A stretch of 64,000 nt of DNA. Origin: Chiloscyllium plagiosum (taxonomy: Eukaryota). Within the stretch, counting starts at the first letter, position 1, and each line of letters opens with the position of its first letter. The DNA is taken from contig NC_057728.1 of assembly GCF_004010195.1 (NCBI RefSeq), forward strand, positions 46,117,290-46,181,289, in the 5' to 3' direction. The position numbers were made by a program, and so were the translations under genes. Shown here piece after piece: positions 26,562 through 38,514 of the stretch. A model generated the notes under the pieces. That model ran no database searches and was not told where the DNA came from. It worked only from the letters and a program-made list of their open reading frames with translations.

Positions 26562-26905
26562 AGGGACTGCACGATGGCTCAGTGGTTAGCACTGCTCCCT
26601 TAGCGCCAGGGACCTGGGTTCAATTCCAACCTTGGGCGACTACCTGTGCAGAGTTTCCACATTCTCCTGTCTGCGTGGGTTTCCTCCTGATGCTCCAGTT
26701 TCCTCCCACAATCCAAAAATGTGCAGATTAGATGAATTGGCCATGCCGAATTGTCCGTAGTGTTCCAGGATGTGTAGGTGAGGTGCACTAGTCAAGGGTA
26801 AATACAGAGGAATGAGTGAAGGTTGGTTACTCGTCAGAGGGTTGTTGTAGACTCGTTGGGCTGAAGGGCCTGTTTCCACACTGTAGGGATTCTAATCTAA
26901 TCAAT
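26562..26905 (+). mobile_element. HE1-like V-SINE, full length
   Basis: tRNA-like head, V-core, CR1-like tail gggctgaagggcctgtttccacactgtagggattctaatctaatc. Confidence 0.9.
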
Positions 26906-27201
26906 CTGGATTATGTGCTTAAATCTTCAGAGTGGCTTTTAAACCTTTGCCCACTGACTCAGAAATGAGAATGCTATAACTGAAATACAACTATGAATTG
27001 TTATCACTTCATGAAATCATGTGGGGAACACACACGTTTATAAGATTTACACGAATATAGTATCAATGAAAAATCAACTAAAAGCTATTCCAGCTTCTTC
27101 TATGATATGGAAAGTGTGAATGAAACATCAAATTGGTACATCAAATTCTTTTAACAAAGACTAATGTTTCTGGCCAGGAATGCTGCCCCAGAAGAATTAT
27201 A

Positions 27202-27328
27202 AAGTTAAAAATCACACAACACCAGGTTATAGTCCAATACTAGTGCTTCCAAATAAACCTGTTGGACTATAACCTGGTGTTGTGTGATTTTTAACTTTGT
27301 ACACCCCAGTCCAACACCAGCATCTCCA
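27202..27328. mobile_element. PLE family B mini fold-back insertion
   Basis: aaagttaaaaatcacacaacaccaggttatagtccaa and its exact reverse complement, short spacer. Weak TSD aagaattata/aaaaattata. Confidence 0.9.
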
Positions 27329-28162
27329 AAAAATTATAGCTTGTCATAATTTCTTGTTAAAGCCTGAAGCCAGAAGGATCACTGAAGCAAAGTGGGTTCC
27401 TTATAAAAGTTATTGTCACTTTATATTACCTCAAACAATTTGCCAACAGAACAGATTGAAGAAAAATGAATTTGAGCTGACGCTCTGCAAAGTTGTTGTG
27501 TTAATCGTTTACAAAAAAAACGAAAATTTTAAGGGTTAGAATATAGAGGAAAGGTAACCTTAAAATTCCAACACAAACCATACCATTGCCCATCACTAGT
27601 TAAAGCTGGCCTGCACCTCTTTAAAGGATCCTCTCGACTGCAGATGTTTGTACTGTTTCTGCAAGAGTTTCTTACCAGGAAGAAAGGGAGCAATCGGTTC
27701 AGAGACTGGGCTCTGATTCCGCATTACAGTCCTTAGCGATGGAAGGGCAAAGGAGGGGGAGAGTGAATTTTTCTGTAAGGAACCAGGCATATTAGAAGTA
27801 ATTGCATTTCTTTTGCTTTTCATAGAAAGCTCTGCATGGAACCAAACAGGTCAATGCAATAAATCTGGCTATGACGACCTGACTGTTTTGCTACAAAGAA
27901 AAATATCAATACCCTCTCTTAAGTAGAAAAAGCAATGCCCGCATCTGCAAATATCCCATATCTCACCTATTATCTCACCAGCCTCACTCATTGCTCAATG
28001 CACCATATCTCCATCATTCAGGCATGAGCCCTAATTGCAGGAGATTGCTGTTAGGTACTGACATGCAGATGCTCCATCTCACCCACCTATCATTGCTACA
28101 AGCCTCACACCCATATGCCACATGTTTCCAGATAAACACATCACCCAAACACATCTGAACAA

Positions 28163-29421
28163 AGTCAATGACACTCATAGAGATGCACAGCATGAAAACA
28201 GACCCTTCGGTCCAACCAGTCCATGCCGACAAGATATCCCAGCCTCTTACTGAGATATTTGTATCATCAATAGTCACAGGTGAGGTAATGGAGGACTGGA
28301 GGTTGGATAACATGGTGCCACTGTTTAAAATGGGTGGTAAGGACAAGCCAGGTGACTATAGACCAGTGAGCCTGACATCGGTGGTGGGCAAATTGTTGGA
28401 GGGAATCCTGAGGGACAGGATGTACATGTATTTGGAAAGGCAAGGACTGATTAAGGATAGTCAACATGGCTTTGTGCATGGGAAATCATGTCTCACAAAC
28501 TTGATTGAGTTTATTGAAGTAGTAACAAATAGGATTGATGAGGGCAGAGTGGTAGATGTGATCTATATGGACTTCAGTATGGAATTTGATAAGGTTCCCC
28601 ATGGGAAACTGGTTAGTAAGGTTAGATCTCACGGAATACAGGGAGAACTAGCNNNNNNNNNNNNNNNNNNNNNNNNNNNNNNNNNNNNNNNNNNNNNNNN
28701 NNNNNNNNNNNNNNNNNNNNNNNNNNNNNNNNNNNNNNNNNNNNNNNNNNNNNNNNNNNNNNNNNNNNNNNNNNNNNNNNNNNNNNNNNNNNNNNNNNNN
28801 NNNNNNNNNNNNNNNNNNNNNNNNNNNNNNNNNNNNNNNNNNNNNNNNNNNNNNNNNNCTGTACAGGACATTGGTTAGGCCACTGTTGGAATATTGCATG
28901 CAATTCTGGTCTCCTTCTTATCGGAAAGATGTTGTGAAACTTGAAAGGGTTCAGAAAAGATCTACAAGGATGTTGCCAGAATTGGAGGATTTGAGTTATA
29001 GGGAGAGGCTATACAGGCTGGGGCTGTTTTCCCTGGAGTGTCGGAGGCTGAGGGATGACCTTACAGAGCTTTACAAAATTATGAGGGGCATGGATAGGGT
29101 AAATAGGCAAAGTCTTTTCCCTGGGGTCGGGGAGTCCAGGGCATAGGTTTAGGGTGAGAGGGGAAAAATATAAAAGAGACCTAACTTTTTCACGCAAGGG
29201 TGGTAACGTCTATGGAATGAGCTGCCAGAGGACGTGATGGAGGTTGGTACAATTGCAACATTTAAGAGGCATTTGGAGAGTATATGAATGGGCAGGGTTT
29301 GGAGGGATATGGGCCAGGTGCTGGCAGGTGGGACTAGATTGGGTTGGGACATCTGGTCGGCATGGACAGGTTGGACCGAAGGGTCTGTTTCCATGTTGTA
29401 CGTCTCCATGACTCTATGACT
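28163..29421 (+). mobile_element. 5'-truncated CR1 with an inverted copy of a CR1 3' tail at its 5' junction (gap 28653-28858)
   Basis: ORF 28168 (YRPVSLTSVVGKLLE, QHGF, YMDFS) and ORF 28871. 28163-28241 is the reverse complement of 29345-29421. Confidence 0.92.
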
Positions 29422-29873
29422 CTTCTTTCACTCCACTACATAAGCTATCAGTTAAGTAACTATATACCTTTTGCTTTTTCACACAAAGCCTTGCACACAG
29501 TGCCCCCAAGACCAACCCGCCACTTTCCTTACCTAATCGTCTCCTTCTCCAGTTCTGTGTTTGGAGACCAAGAACTCTTGTTTTGCTGGCCAATGTGACC
29601 TAATGCTGCTGGGTATGGGTAAGAGCAAATATCTAAAAAGAAGCATCATCACTTAATCTGACCTCCACATTCGTCAGCTCGGATGTTTTGTACAATGCGC
29701 AAGTATCAGGAGTGCTTTCTGATGACCACTCAGTGGATATGGCTGCCTGTTAGGATCTTCTCTTCCTCCCTTTTTGCTCAGCTTCTCCTACTTCCCCTCA
29801 GAACCCCTTTAATGCTGCAGCCCAAGATAGACTACAACTTCAGATACTATGCTTATGTATGTCAACTGCTAGC

Positions 29874-29874
29874 A

Positions 29875-29908
<34 letters not shown>
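29874..29908. repeat. (AT)n(GT)n microsatellite
   Basis: Directly visible. Confidence 0.95.
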
Positions 29909-29941
29909 TCCACTTGTGATAACAATTTATAGTTGTATTTT

Positions 29942-30598
29942 AAGTTGATAGAGTTGTTAAGAAGGCATATGGTGTGTTGGCTTTCATTAGTGGGGGGAGG
30001 GTAGGGGTTGACTTTAAGAGCCACAGCTTTATTCAGCAGCTCTAAAATGCCCTGGTTAGATCACACTTGGAATATTGTGTTCAGTTCTGGTCCCCTCATT
30101 ATAGGAAGGATGTGGAAGCTTTAGAGAGGCACAGAGGAGATTTACTAGGATGCTACCTGGACTGGTGGGCACGTCTAATAAAGAAAGGTTGAGGGAGCTA
30201 GGGCTTTTCTCATTGGAACGAAGAAGGATGAGAAGTGACTTGATGGAGGTATGCAAGATGATGAAAGGCATAGATAGAGTGGATGGCTTGTTTTTTTTTC
30301 CCCAGGGCGGAAATGTCTATCACATGGGAGCATGGTTTTAATGTAATTGGAGGAATGTTTCGGGGAGATGTAAGAGGTAGGTTCTTCACACAGAGAGTGG
30401 TGGGCATGTGGAATGCACTGCCAGCAGTGTACTAGTGTCAGATGTATTAGGAATATTTAAGCGACTCTTGGATAGGCACTTGGATGATAGTAAAATGTCA
30501 GGTATATAGGTTAGTCTGATCTTAGAATAGGATAAAAGGTTGGCACAACATTGAGGTCCGAAGGGTCTGCACTGTGCTGTACTGTTCTATGTTCTATG
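29942..30598 (+). mobile_element. CR1 3' fragment
   Basis: [29 protein letters not shown], (TTCTATG)n tail. Confidence 0.9.
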
Positions 30599-30961
30599 GC
30601 TGTGAAAACTATAGAAATCTTTTCTGTTCATAGGCATTTAAGATCCATTCATCTCTTTGTAAGGCACCAGCACCACTCCTTTCTCATTCAAAAACTTCAC
30701 ATCAAAATATGATACAAGGTACTTCTACTACCTCTGCAACAAAGCAGCACATCTTAAAATTCTGTGGTGGCCTATTCAAATAGCCTAATGGGATGGAGTG
30801 GGGGGTGAATTTTGGGACCGGTGTGGTTCCCTTGTGCAACTGAATGCTAAGGTCCAAAATGATAAGTTGCGTGCAAAATCAGTAGCTGATTGATGCCAGA
30901 ATTTGTCCACTCTCCATGTTTCTAGCGTTTAAATAGGACACCTTGCACTAACCTCACAACA

Positions 30962-31325
30962 CCTCAGGACCTCCCAACTACATGGCATCAATGTGGACTT
31001 CACCAGTGTTCTCATTTCCCCTCCGCACACCATATCCCAGATCCAATCTTCCAACTCGGCACCGCCCTTATGACCTGTCCATCTTCCTTCTCACTGATCC
31101 ACTCCACTCTCCTCTCCGACCTATCACCATTACCCCCATCTCCATCTACCTATTGCACTCTCAGCTACCCTTACCCTAGACGCACCTCGCTCTCATTTAT
31201 CTCTCCACCCCCTCGGCTCACCAGCCTCATTCCTGATGAAGGACCCTTGCCCGAAACATTGATTCTCCTGCTCGCCAGATGCTGTCTGACCTGCTGTGCT
31301 TTTCCAGCAGCCCACTCTCAACACT
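30962..31325 (+). mobile_element. PLE family A 3' end (endonuclease C-terminus, UTR, partly decayed HHR)
   Basis: LRTSQLHGINVDFTS, CTGATGA at 31233, GAAA at 31253. Imperfect flanking repeat cactaacctcacaacacctc / cactaactccacaatacctc. Confidence 0.85.
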
Positions 31326-32784
31326 AACTCCACAATACCTCTCCGAAGTTGGAAAGCTTAGAGCTCCTGAAATTAACAGTGTTATGGCATCATATTGTGC
31401 AACCAAAATCCTCATTTATGTCAGATGGAGGAGAAATCTATTAGAAATTAAAAGCTTGCACGAATCAATCAGCATCTCCAGTTACCTGAAGCCATGCACT
31501 TTATTGATTTAACGTGAAGTTGGAAACAATGATTGCAGCAATGGGGGCTATTTACTGTTGTCTTTTAAATATTCACTGCACAGTTTACTTTATAGGTTAA
31601 CTTTCTTCCCTGGAGAGGTAGTATTCATTATCGTCACTTTGATAAATGCTCTCAGTGCATAAATGTTCTTGACCTCATCATAGGTCTCCCATAGAGAAAG
31701 CACTTCCTGGTGTAGTCTGAACTATTTCATTCATTCTTAGAAATGGTCCAGTACACAAATCAAAATCTGTTAGTTCAGATTGATCACTGTGATCATCTGT
31801 ATCATTGTGAAGTACTGGTAATTTTCTTATCCAGGAACAATTGCTCTTGCAAACATCCAAAGCTCCATAAAGTAAGCTCAGAAATTACATTCAAAGACAT
31901 TTTAAGGTACAGTCTGGCTTGTGGAGCTTTGTGATATATGTGTAATGATTTGATTTGGGGCTGAAAGTATTTTATTCTTATGTGTAGAAGATTTCAGGCA
32001 ATAGTTGATGTCAATCAAAATGCAAAGTAGAATCAATTATCATTTAGTCCTAAAGATTTAATTACACCATGTACATTTAGTGAACCTAACAGTTTTCAGT
32101 AATTATAAAGTAGGAATGACTTAGAGGGCTACATAAAACTTGTTAATAAAACTCTTGAGATTGCTGCTTTGTGGTAATTATATTATGAGCATATTAAACA
32201 TGTAGATGTACTGGCTTCCTCATTTTATATCCAATTTTAAACGAAACACTGCAAAAAAAATTTGATAGAAATTATTTCCTTTTTATAGATAATTACCTGA
32301 AGTACCAGAAAAACTCAAACTATATAATTACAAATTTTAGATTAGAAATGACAACACAAGGCAATGATGTGCTTCTGGTCAAGCAATGATTTATTTCATT
32401 AGCATCTTACACAGCTTCTAAGTTCAGAATATTATGTGATTTTTAAGCTAATTGGTTTTGTTTCCATAATAACTGTCTCAATTGGTGTTTTTAGTTTACT
32501 GCTAGCAATCATTTACTCTGTTAAAATTATGTTGGATATACAGAGTATTTTAACACTGCTGAAAGCACCCTTAATGCCTGGAATGACGTAGTCCAGTTGG
32601 CAGTAAGTGGGTCGTAAATTTCCTGATAGTCTAAATATCTGTTTAGTATCATGGCTAATGTTAATTCAGCAGACTCAATTTGTCACATTTAGTAGCCTGC
32701 CCAAGTCATTTCCTCTACTGATCTCATCTGCATTCACTGTGGCAAAAGTGATGTTTATGCTATTACCCTTCCAGTTTTGATCAC

Positions 32785-33260
32785 GCTGTGATAGGAAAAA
32801 TATTATTAAGTTGGAGTGGGTTCAGAAAAGATTTACCAGGATGCTGCCTGGAATGGAGGGTCTGAGTTATGGGGAGAGGTTGTATTGGCTGGGGGAATGA
32901 AGGGAGACCTTACAGAGATTTATAAAATCATGAGGGGTGTTGATAAGGTGAATGGCAGGTCTTTTCCTTAAGGTGGGAGATTTCAAGACAAGGAGGCATA
33001 TTTTTAAAGTGAGATGAAAAATATTTTATAAAGACAAAAGAAGACGTTTTATTTTACACAGGGGGTGATTCTGGGTGGAATAAACTTTCAGAGGAAATGG
33101 TAGATGCAGGTACAACATTTAAAAGACTTTTGGATAACTGCATGAATGGGAAATAAGGGATTCAGGTCAAGCACAGGCAGGTGGAACGAATTTAGTTTGG
33201 GATTACGAACAGCATGGAATGGTTGGACTGAAGGGTCTGTGTCCATACTGTATTCTATAA
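32785..33260 (+). mobile_element. CR1 3' fragment
   Basis: [34 protein letters not shown] and 3' UTR. Confidence 0.88.
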
Positions 33261-33404
33261 TTGATTTTTAAAAGGATATCAATCAAATTAATTTAATTGT
33301 CTACATTATGTTATCAAGGTGCCCTCCCACAGCACCCCAACCCTAAACTATACCTGTTTATTTCCAAATATTCTGACGCCTGTCTAGTAACAGCATTAAG
33401 AAAG

Positions 33405-33660
33405 AAAAGTATTAGTTTATACAGCACTGTTCAGCAGCACAGGATGTCTCAAAATGCTTTATACCGAAGCAGTGCTTTTGAGGTGTAGGTGCTGTTATAA
33501 TGTGGGAATCACAATAACTAACTTGCACAGAACAAACTCACAGCAAACAATGTGGCAAGGAGCTGATAAACTGTGTTTGTGATGTCGATTGAAGATAAAT
33601 ACTGGGGATAGTTTCCCCATTCTTCTTTGAAATAATAACATGGGGTCATTTTAAAAAACA
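33405..33660 (-). mobile_element. Deu-SINE-like (AmnSINE1/SacSINE1-type) fragment
   Basis: Reverse complement has ccccatgttattatttcaaagaagaatggggaa core and ..aaagcattttgagacatcctg..gctgtataaa tail. Confidence 0.5.
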
Positions 33661-34989
33661 CATCAAATACATCTGTATCATTTAATTGAAAATGATTCAC
33701 CTATCTTTGAACAGTCTCATAAAACATAATTATATCAAAAAGAAGGAAAATTATTAAAAATAAAAAAGTGTGGTCCATAAAATGGGCAACACAGATGCCT
33801 GACATGAAAACATAAGTTGGAAGGCCTGCAGGCTATGATGAGTCGCATGGTGAAATTGAGTGAGATGTTTGGTAAGTCCCATTTCAACATCAACATCAAA
33901 CCCAAAATATTTGTATGCTTTTACGTGGCATGGCAAGATTTTCATGAGGCAGTGGCGAGTTACCAATTGACACCATTATTGCTTGTCAAACCCCTTGCTA
34001 ACATCTAATTCAGCATGGGTTATAATCTTACCAAAACCGCCATAGACATTGGCCACTGGGAAAACCCAACGTAGAAAATAAAGGGTGCTCTTGGCGTGTT
34101 CAACTCAATGTTGAACATCGAGCACCAGGAATGCTCCATGGGCACTGACCACTCACATCCCACATTTACACATGTTAGCATCCAACATGTGCTGGCTTCT
34201 CTCAACTCTAGAAGACTGATACTAACCTGGATGCCAACATCAGAACAAGCTGGCATGGTCTGGTTTCATGGCCTCCATTGCTAGCCCTGGAGGAGAGCAA
34301 GACCCAACTGTACTCCAGCTCATATAGCAGGATCTCTTGGTCCACGGCCACAAAGCAGGGCACCAATTTCCCTATCTGTGACTTTCAGGGCAAATGTCAG
34401 GACCTGTGCAGGGTCATTCCAGAATGACAGTACTTGTGTGGGTGCACAAAGGCCTTATAAAGATGGTGCCATCACCCAGGATACCAGTCAATTCTGGGAT
34501 CTTTGGTGAGTAACAAGTTGCTCCAGGAACCGTGTGTGAGTAGATGTGGAAGATATGATGCTAATGATAATGTTTGAAATGCCAATTATTGCAGTGAGTT
34601 TGGTAAGACATGTAAGAAAACTCACATGACCTCACAGGAGAATCAGTCCACCAAATTCAACGCAACCCACACTTAGCCAAAAACCATAAGATTCATCCGA
34701 TAAAAAAGTATTTTACAAATCTTGTTGATGGGTTTGAAGGTATAACAGCTGGTAAAATGCAGCATTTGGCCTGTCTGCTACTGACTCCCAAGCCAATGTC
34801 AGTGGAGACTTTGGATGACTTATCTACCTATAGGTGAGTCGAGGTCTGTTAGCAACCAATTAATTGGCCAGTAGCTCTCCAAGATGGGATCTCATACCCC
34901 TATAGCAGTGGAAATCTCAACCTAGGCCAATACCATGCTCCATGAAATGTTAAATGGTTGAACAACTGAGATGATATGAGCATTTTAGG

Positions 34990-35130
34990 AAAGGCCATTA
35001 GATGCAAGAGCAGAAGTAGGACATTCAACTCATCAAGCATACTCAAGGAGAGATTGTGCCTGATCAGATAAACCTCAACTCCACTTTCCTGCCTTTTCCC
35101 CATAATTCATTATTCCCTTGCTGAATAAAA
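34990..35130 (-). mobile_element. CR1 3' UTR fragment
   Basis: ggagcagaagtagg.cattca...ctcaactccactttcctgccttttcccca pattern, as at 25470-25570. Confidence 0.6.
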
Positions 35131-35659
35131 AGTAGGCAGAGAGTGAGTGAAAGCCAAAAGAGCAAGTGAGGGACCCTGAGATGCATGTTGGTTCAATCCA
35201 TGAGATGGGTGCCTATCTCTGTGGCAGCAACATTACATTGATAGTTGCAGGAATGCTTCAAAGTGCAGCATTGAAGAGAAAATTGATGGGTCGGAGTTGC
35301 AGCATTATGATGTGGTAAGGCTGGTACATGGGAGGTGCAGGCAATTCCTGATCATAGAGCACAGGGAGATGTTAGGGACTATTGTCTTAGATAAAGACAC
35401 TGAGAAGCAAGTAACAAGCTCGAGTTACCTGCTCTGAATTTCATGTCAGGAACTGTCGCCTCTGTTTTCCCTCTGGCCTGAGGGAGAATTGGGAACTTTA
35501 TATCAATGAAATTAGATTAGGTTATACTGGCATGCCAATAGCAAAATTTTCCAGTCAAAACTTGGTTGCGGAATCAGATTTCTTTCTCCTTGTCGTCACA
35601 AATCTCATGTTTTCTGATCTCATTTTCTCAACTGACTCACCATGGCTCAAGTCACCATC

Positions 35660-36547
35660 GTGAGTTGGAGGTTTGGATTAGGAGTTGGCTGGCTGGAAGA
35701 AGACAGAGGGTAGTAGTTGATGGCAAAGGTTCATCTTGGTGTGCCGTCACTAGCGGTGTTCCGCAAGGATCTGTTTTGGGACCATTGCTGTTTGTCATTT
35801 TTATAAATGACCTGGAAGAGGGGTTAGAAGGTTAGGTGAGCAAGTTTGCGGATGATACGAAAGTAGGAGGAGTTGTNNNNNNNNNNNNNNNNNNNNNNNN
35901 NNNNNNNNNNNNNNNNNNNNNNNNNNNNNNNNNNNNNNNNNNNNNNNNNNNNNNNNNNNNNNNNNNNNNNNNNNNNNNNNNNNNNNNNNNNNNNNNNNNN
36001 NNNNNNNNNNNNNNNNNNNNNNNNNNNNNNNNNNNNNNNNNNNNNNNNNNNNNNNNNNNNNNNNNNNNNNNNNNNNNNNNNNNNNNNNNNNNNNNNNNNN
36101 NNNNNNNNNNNNNNNNNNNNNNNNNNNNNNNNNNNNNNNNNNNNNNNNNNNNNNNNNNNNNNNNNNNNNNNNNNNNNNNNNNNNNNNNNNNNNNNNNNNN
36201 NNNNNNNNNNNNNNNNNNNNNNNNNNNNNNNNNNNNNNNNNNNNNNNNNNNNNNNNNCCACGTATGGAGTTAGCTATTACAAGGGGGCATAGCTTTAAAT
36301 TAAGGGGGAGTAGGTATAGGACAGATGTTAGGGGTAGGTTCTTTACTCAGCGAGTCGTGAGTTCATGGAATGCCCTGCCAGTAGCAGTGGTGGACTCTCC
36401 CTCATTATGGGCATTTAAGCGGGCATTGGATAGGCATATGGAGGATAGTGGGCTAGTGTAGATTAGGTGGGCTTGGATCGGCGCAACATCGAGGACGGAA
36501 GGCCTGTAATGCGCTGTATTCTTCTATGTTCTATGTTCTATGTTCTA
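35660..36547 (+). mobile_element. CR1 3' part (gap 35877-36257)
   Basis: [38 protein letters not shown], (TTCTATG)n tail. Confidence 0.93.
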
Positions 36548-37671
36548 AGTCGTTCAGGAGCTGAGAAGTATCCACCCCATGTCCTTCCCTTCTTAATGCA
36601 CACAATAGATAAATGCAAACCACACTTTTCACCGTGCATCATTACTTGACATTGGAACCCAAGCTCCCCAGTTCATGATTTATGAATGTTCATGATATTA
36701 TTTTACAATTTGTATAAAAAGCAAGAAAGAAAACTGAAATGTTTCGCTAGAACAATAACATTATTGGAAATTCTTTGTGCAAAGATCTTTACCACTGGTG
36801 AAATAATTATGTTGAGTAGGCACCCCATAGAGCTTAATATCAGTTTGTAAAAAGAATGTTCTTAAGATTAATACAAATTGACAGTACAAGGTTGGCAATT
36901 CAGATGACTGCTTCAGTAGTTAGCCATTTGGATAACTGAATGAACTGCCATTTAGCAGAATCTAATTGTATTTGATGGAATAATGGTATACTTAGCTGGC
37001 AGATTAAATATACATAATAATAACTTAATTATTAACATAAAATTCTCCTTCTCACAATTTATTATATTTGTTGGCTTGATTGTGCCTCTGACCAAAAGAA
37101 TCATGACAATAATATTAATGCTGGTCGTAGGATTCTTTGAGAACGGTAAGCTCCAGTATTTGATTGTCACTTTAACAAAACTCGGACAGTTTTTTTTCTG
37201 GTTAAGGCCAATCTGTTAAGTGAAGAATTGTCTTGAAAAATGGAGTTATCACTTTATTCTGGATTTTGGCACATTTAAAGTCTCCAGTGGCCACAGAATA
37301 CCTGGTAATCAATTAGAAGTAATTACATCTAATCATTAATTCAACAGAATTAGTGAATAAATGAATAGAGTGCTCTTAAAATTTGTGTTTATGAATGGAT
37401 TCAGAACTAAATGAAATTCTCAGAAAAAGAGAGACTCTGCATACAATTGAAAGTACTCATTTAACAAATGATTTCACATAATTGACCTTGTCCTGTGATT
37501 CAGATTTCACTCTCACAGTCAGAATTATAGAATAACAGAACACAAATGAAAACCATTGGTCCACTATATTTATCCAGGCTCTTTCAGGGATCTGTTCAAT
37601 TAGTATCATTATCCTGATTTTTCTTCACATTTCTGTAAATGTTTCCTTAATCCTTATCACGTCAAATTATT

Positions 37672-37857
37672 GGAGAAAGTGAGGACTGCAGATGCTGGAG
37701 ATCAGAGCTGAAAATGTGTTGCTGGAAAAGCGCAGCAGGTCAGGCAGCATCCAAGGAGCAGGCGAATCGACATTTCGGGCATGCCCAAAACGTCGATTCT
37801 CCTGCTCCTTGGATGCTGCCTGACCTGCTGCGCTTTTCCAGCAACACATTTTCAGCC
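37672..37857. mobile_element. PLE family A mini fold-back insertion (spacerless palindrome)
   Basis: Arms ~37707-37781 and 37782-37856 centred on gggcatgccc. TSD cacgtcaaattatt / cacatcaaattatt. Confidence 0.93.
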
Positions 37858-38142
37858 CACATCAAATTATTCCCAGGAATGGCATTTTTGTTTGTTTAAA
37901 ATTGATCTTGATTAGATCTTCATGCCTGAACTTAACAAATAAAAGTTATCCATTAATTTCAATTTAGAAAAAATCTACAGTAGCAGCAAGTCCCTTAGTT
38001 AGGACATTGGAAATCAAGCCCTACCTTTCTCAGAGTCATCTCAAACGTTAAAGATTTTAAGAAGTATACCAAAACTTTCCAATTTACTTGATTTTCAGAT
38101 TCAGATTCATAGAAAGCATGCTTCAGCTGGATGGTAAAAGAC

Positions 38143-38462
38143 ACATAGAGTCCCTACAGTGTGGAAATTGGCCCTTCAGCCCAATAAGTCCACACCAACC
38201 CTCCAAAGAGTAACCCACCCAGACCCATTCCCCTATATTTTACCCCTCAGTAGTGCACCTAACCTACACATCTCTGAACACTATGGGACAATTTAGCATG
38301 ACCAATCCACTTAACCTACACATCTTTAGATTATGGGAGGAACCTCACGCAGACACAGGGAGAATGTGCAAATTCCACACAGACAGTCATCCAAGGCTGG
38401 AATCAAACCCAGGTCCCTACCACTTGTGAGGCAGCAGTGCTAACCACTGAGCCACCATGCCA
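38143..38462 (-). mobile_element. HE1-like V-SINE
   Basis: Reverse complement of the 26562-26905 type. Confidence 0.9.
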
Positions 38463-38514
38463 CAATGTTACCAGCTTTCTTATGAAAGGTGTATCCGTTA
38501 AAAGTCACATCTTA

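Noticed and set aside
33740..34340. Possible RTE or other LINE relic (similarly 23640-24260 as Gypsy integrase)
   Set aside because: I could not recover enough ordered motifs to support a call.
35824..36292. Long ORFs crossing N runs (also near 28650, 38960, 42015)
   Set aside because: Their length is an artefact of X codons in assembly gaps.
37672..37857. Hairpins read as DNA-transposon MITEs or miRNA genes
   Set aside because: Arms are asymmetric, TSDs are long and variable, and the sequence equals the PLE 3' tail. miRNA output cannot be judged from DNA alone.
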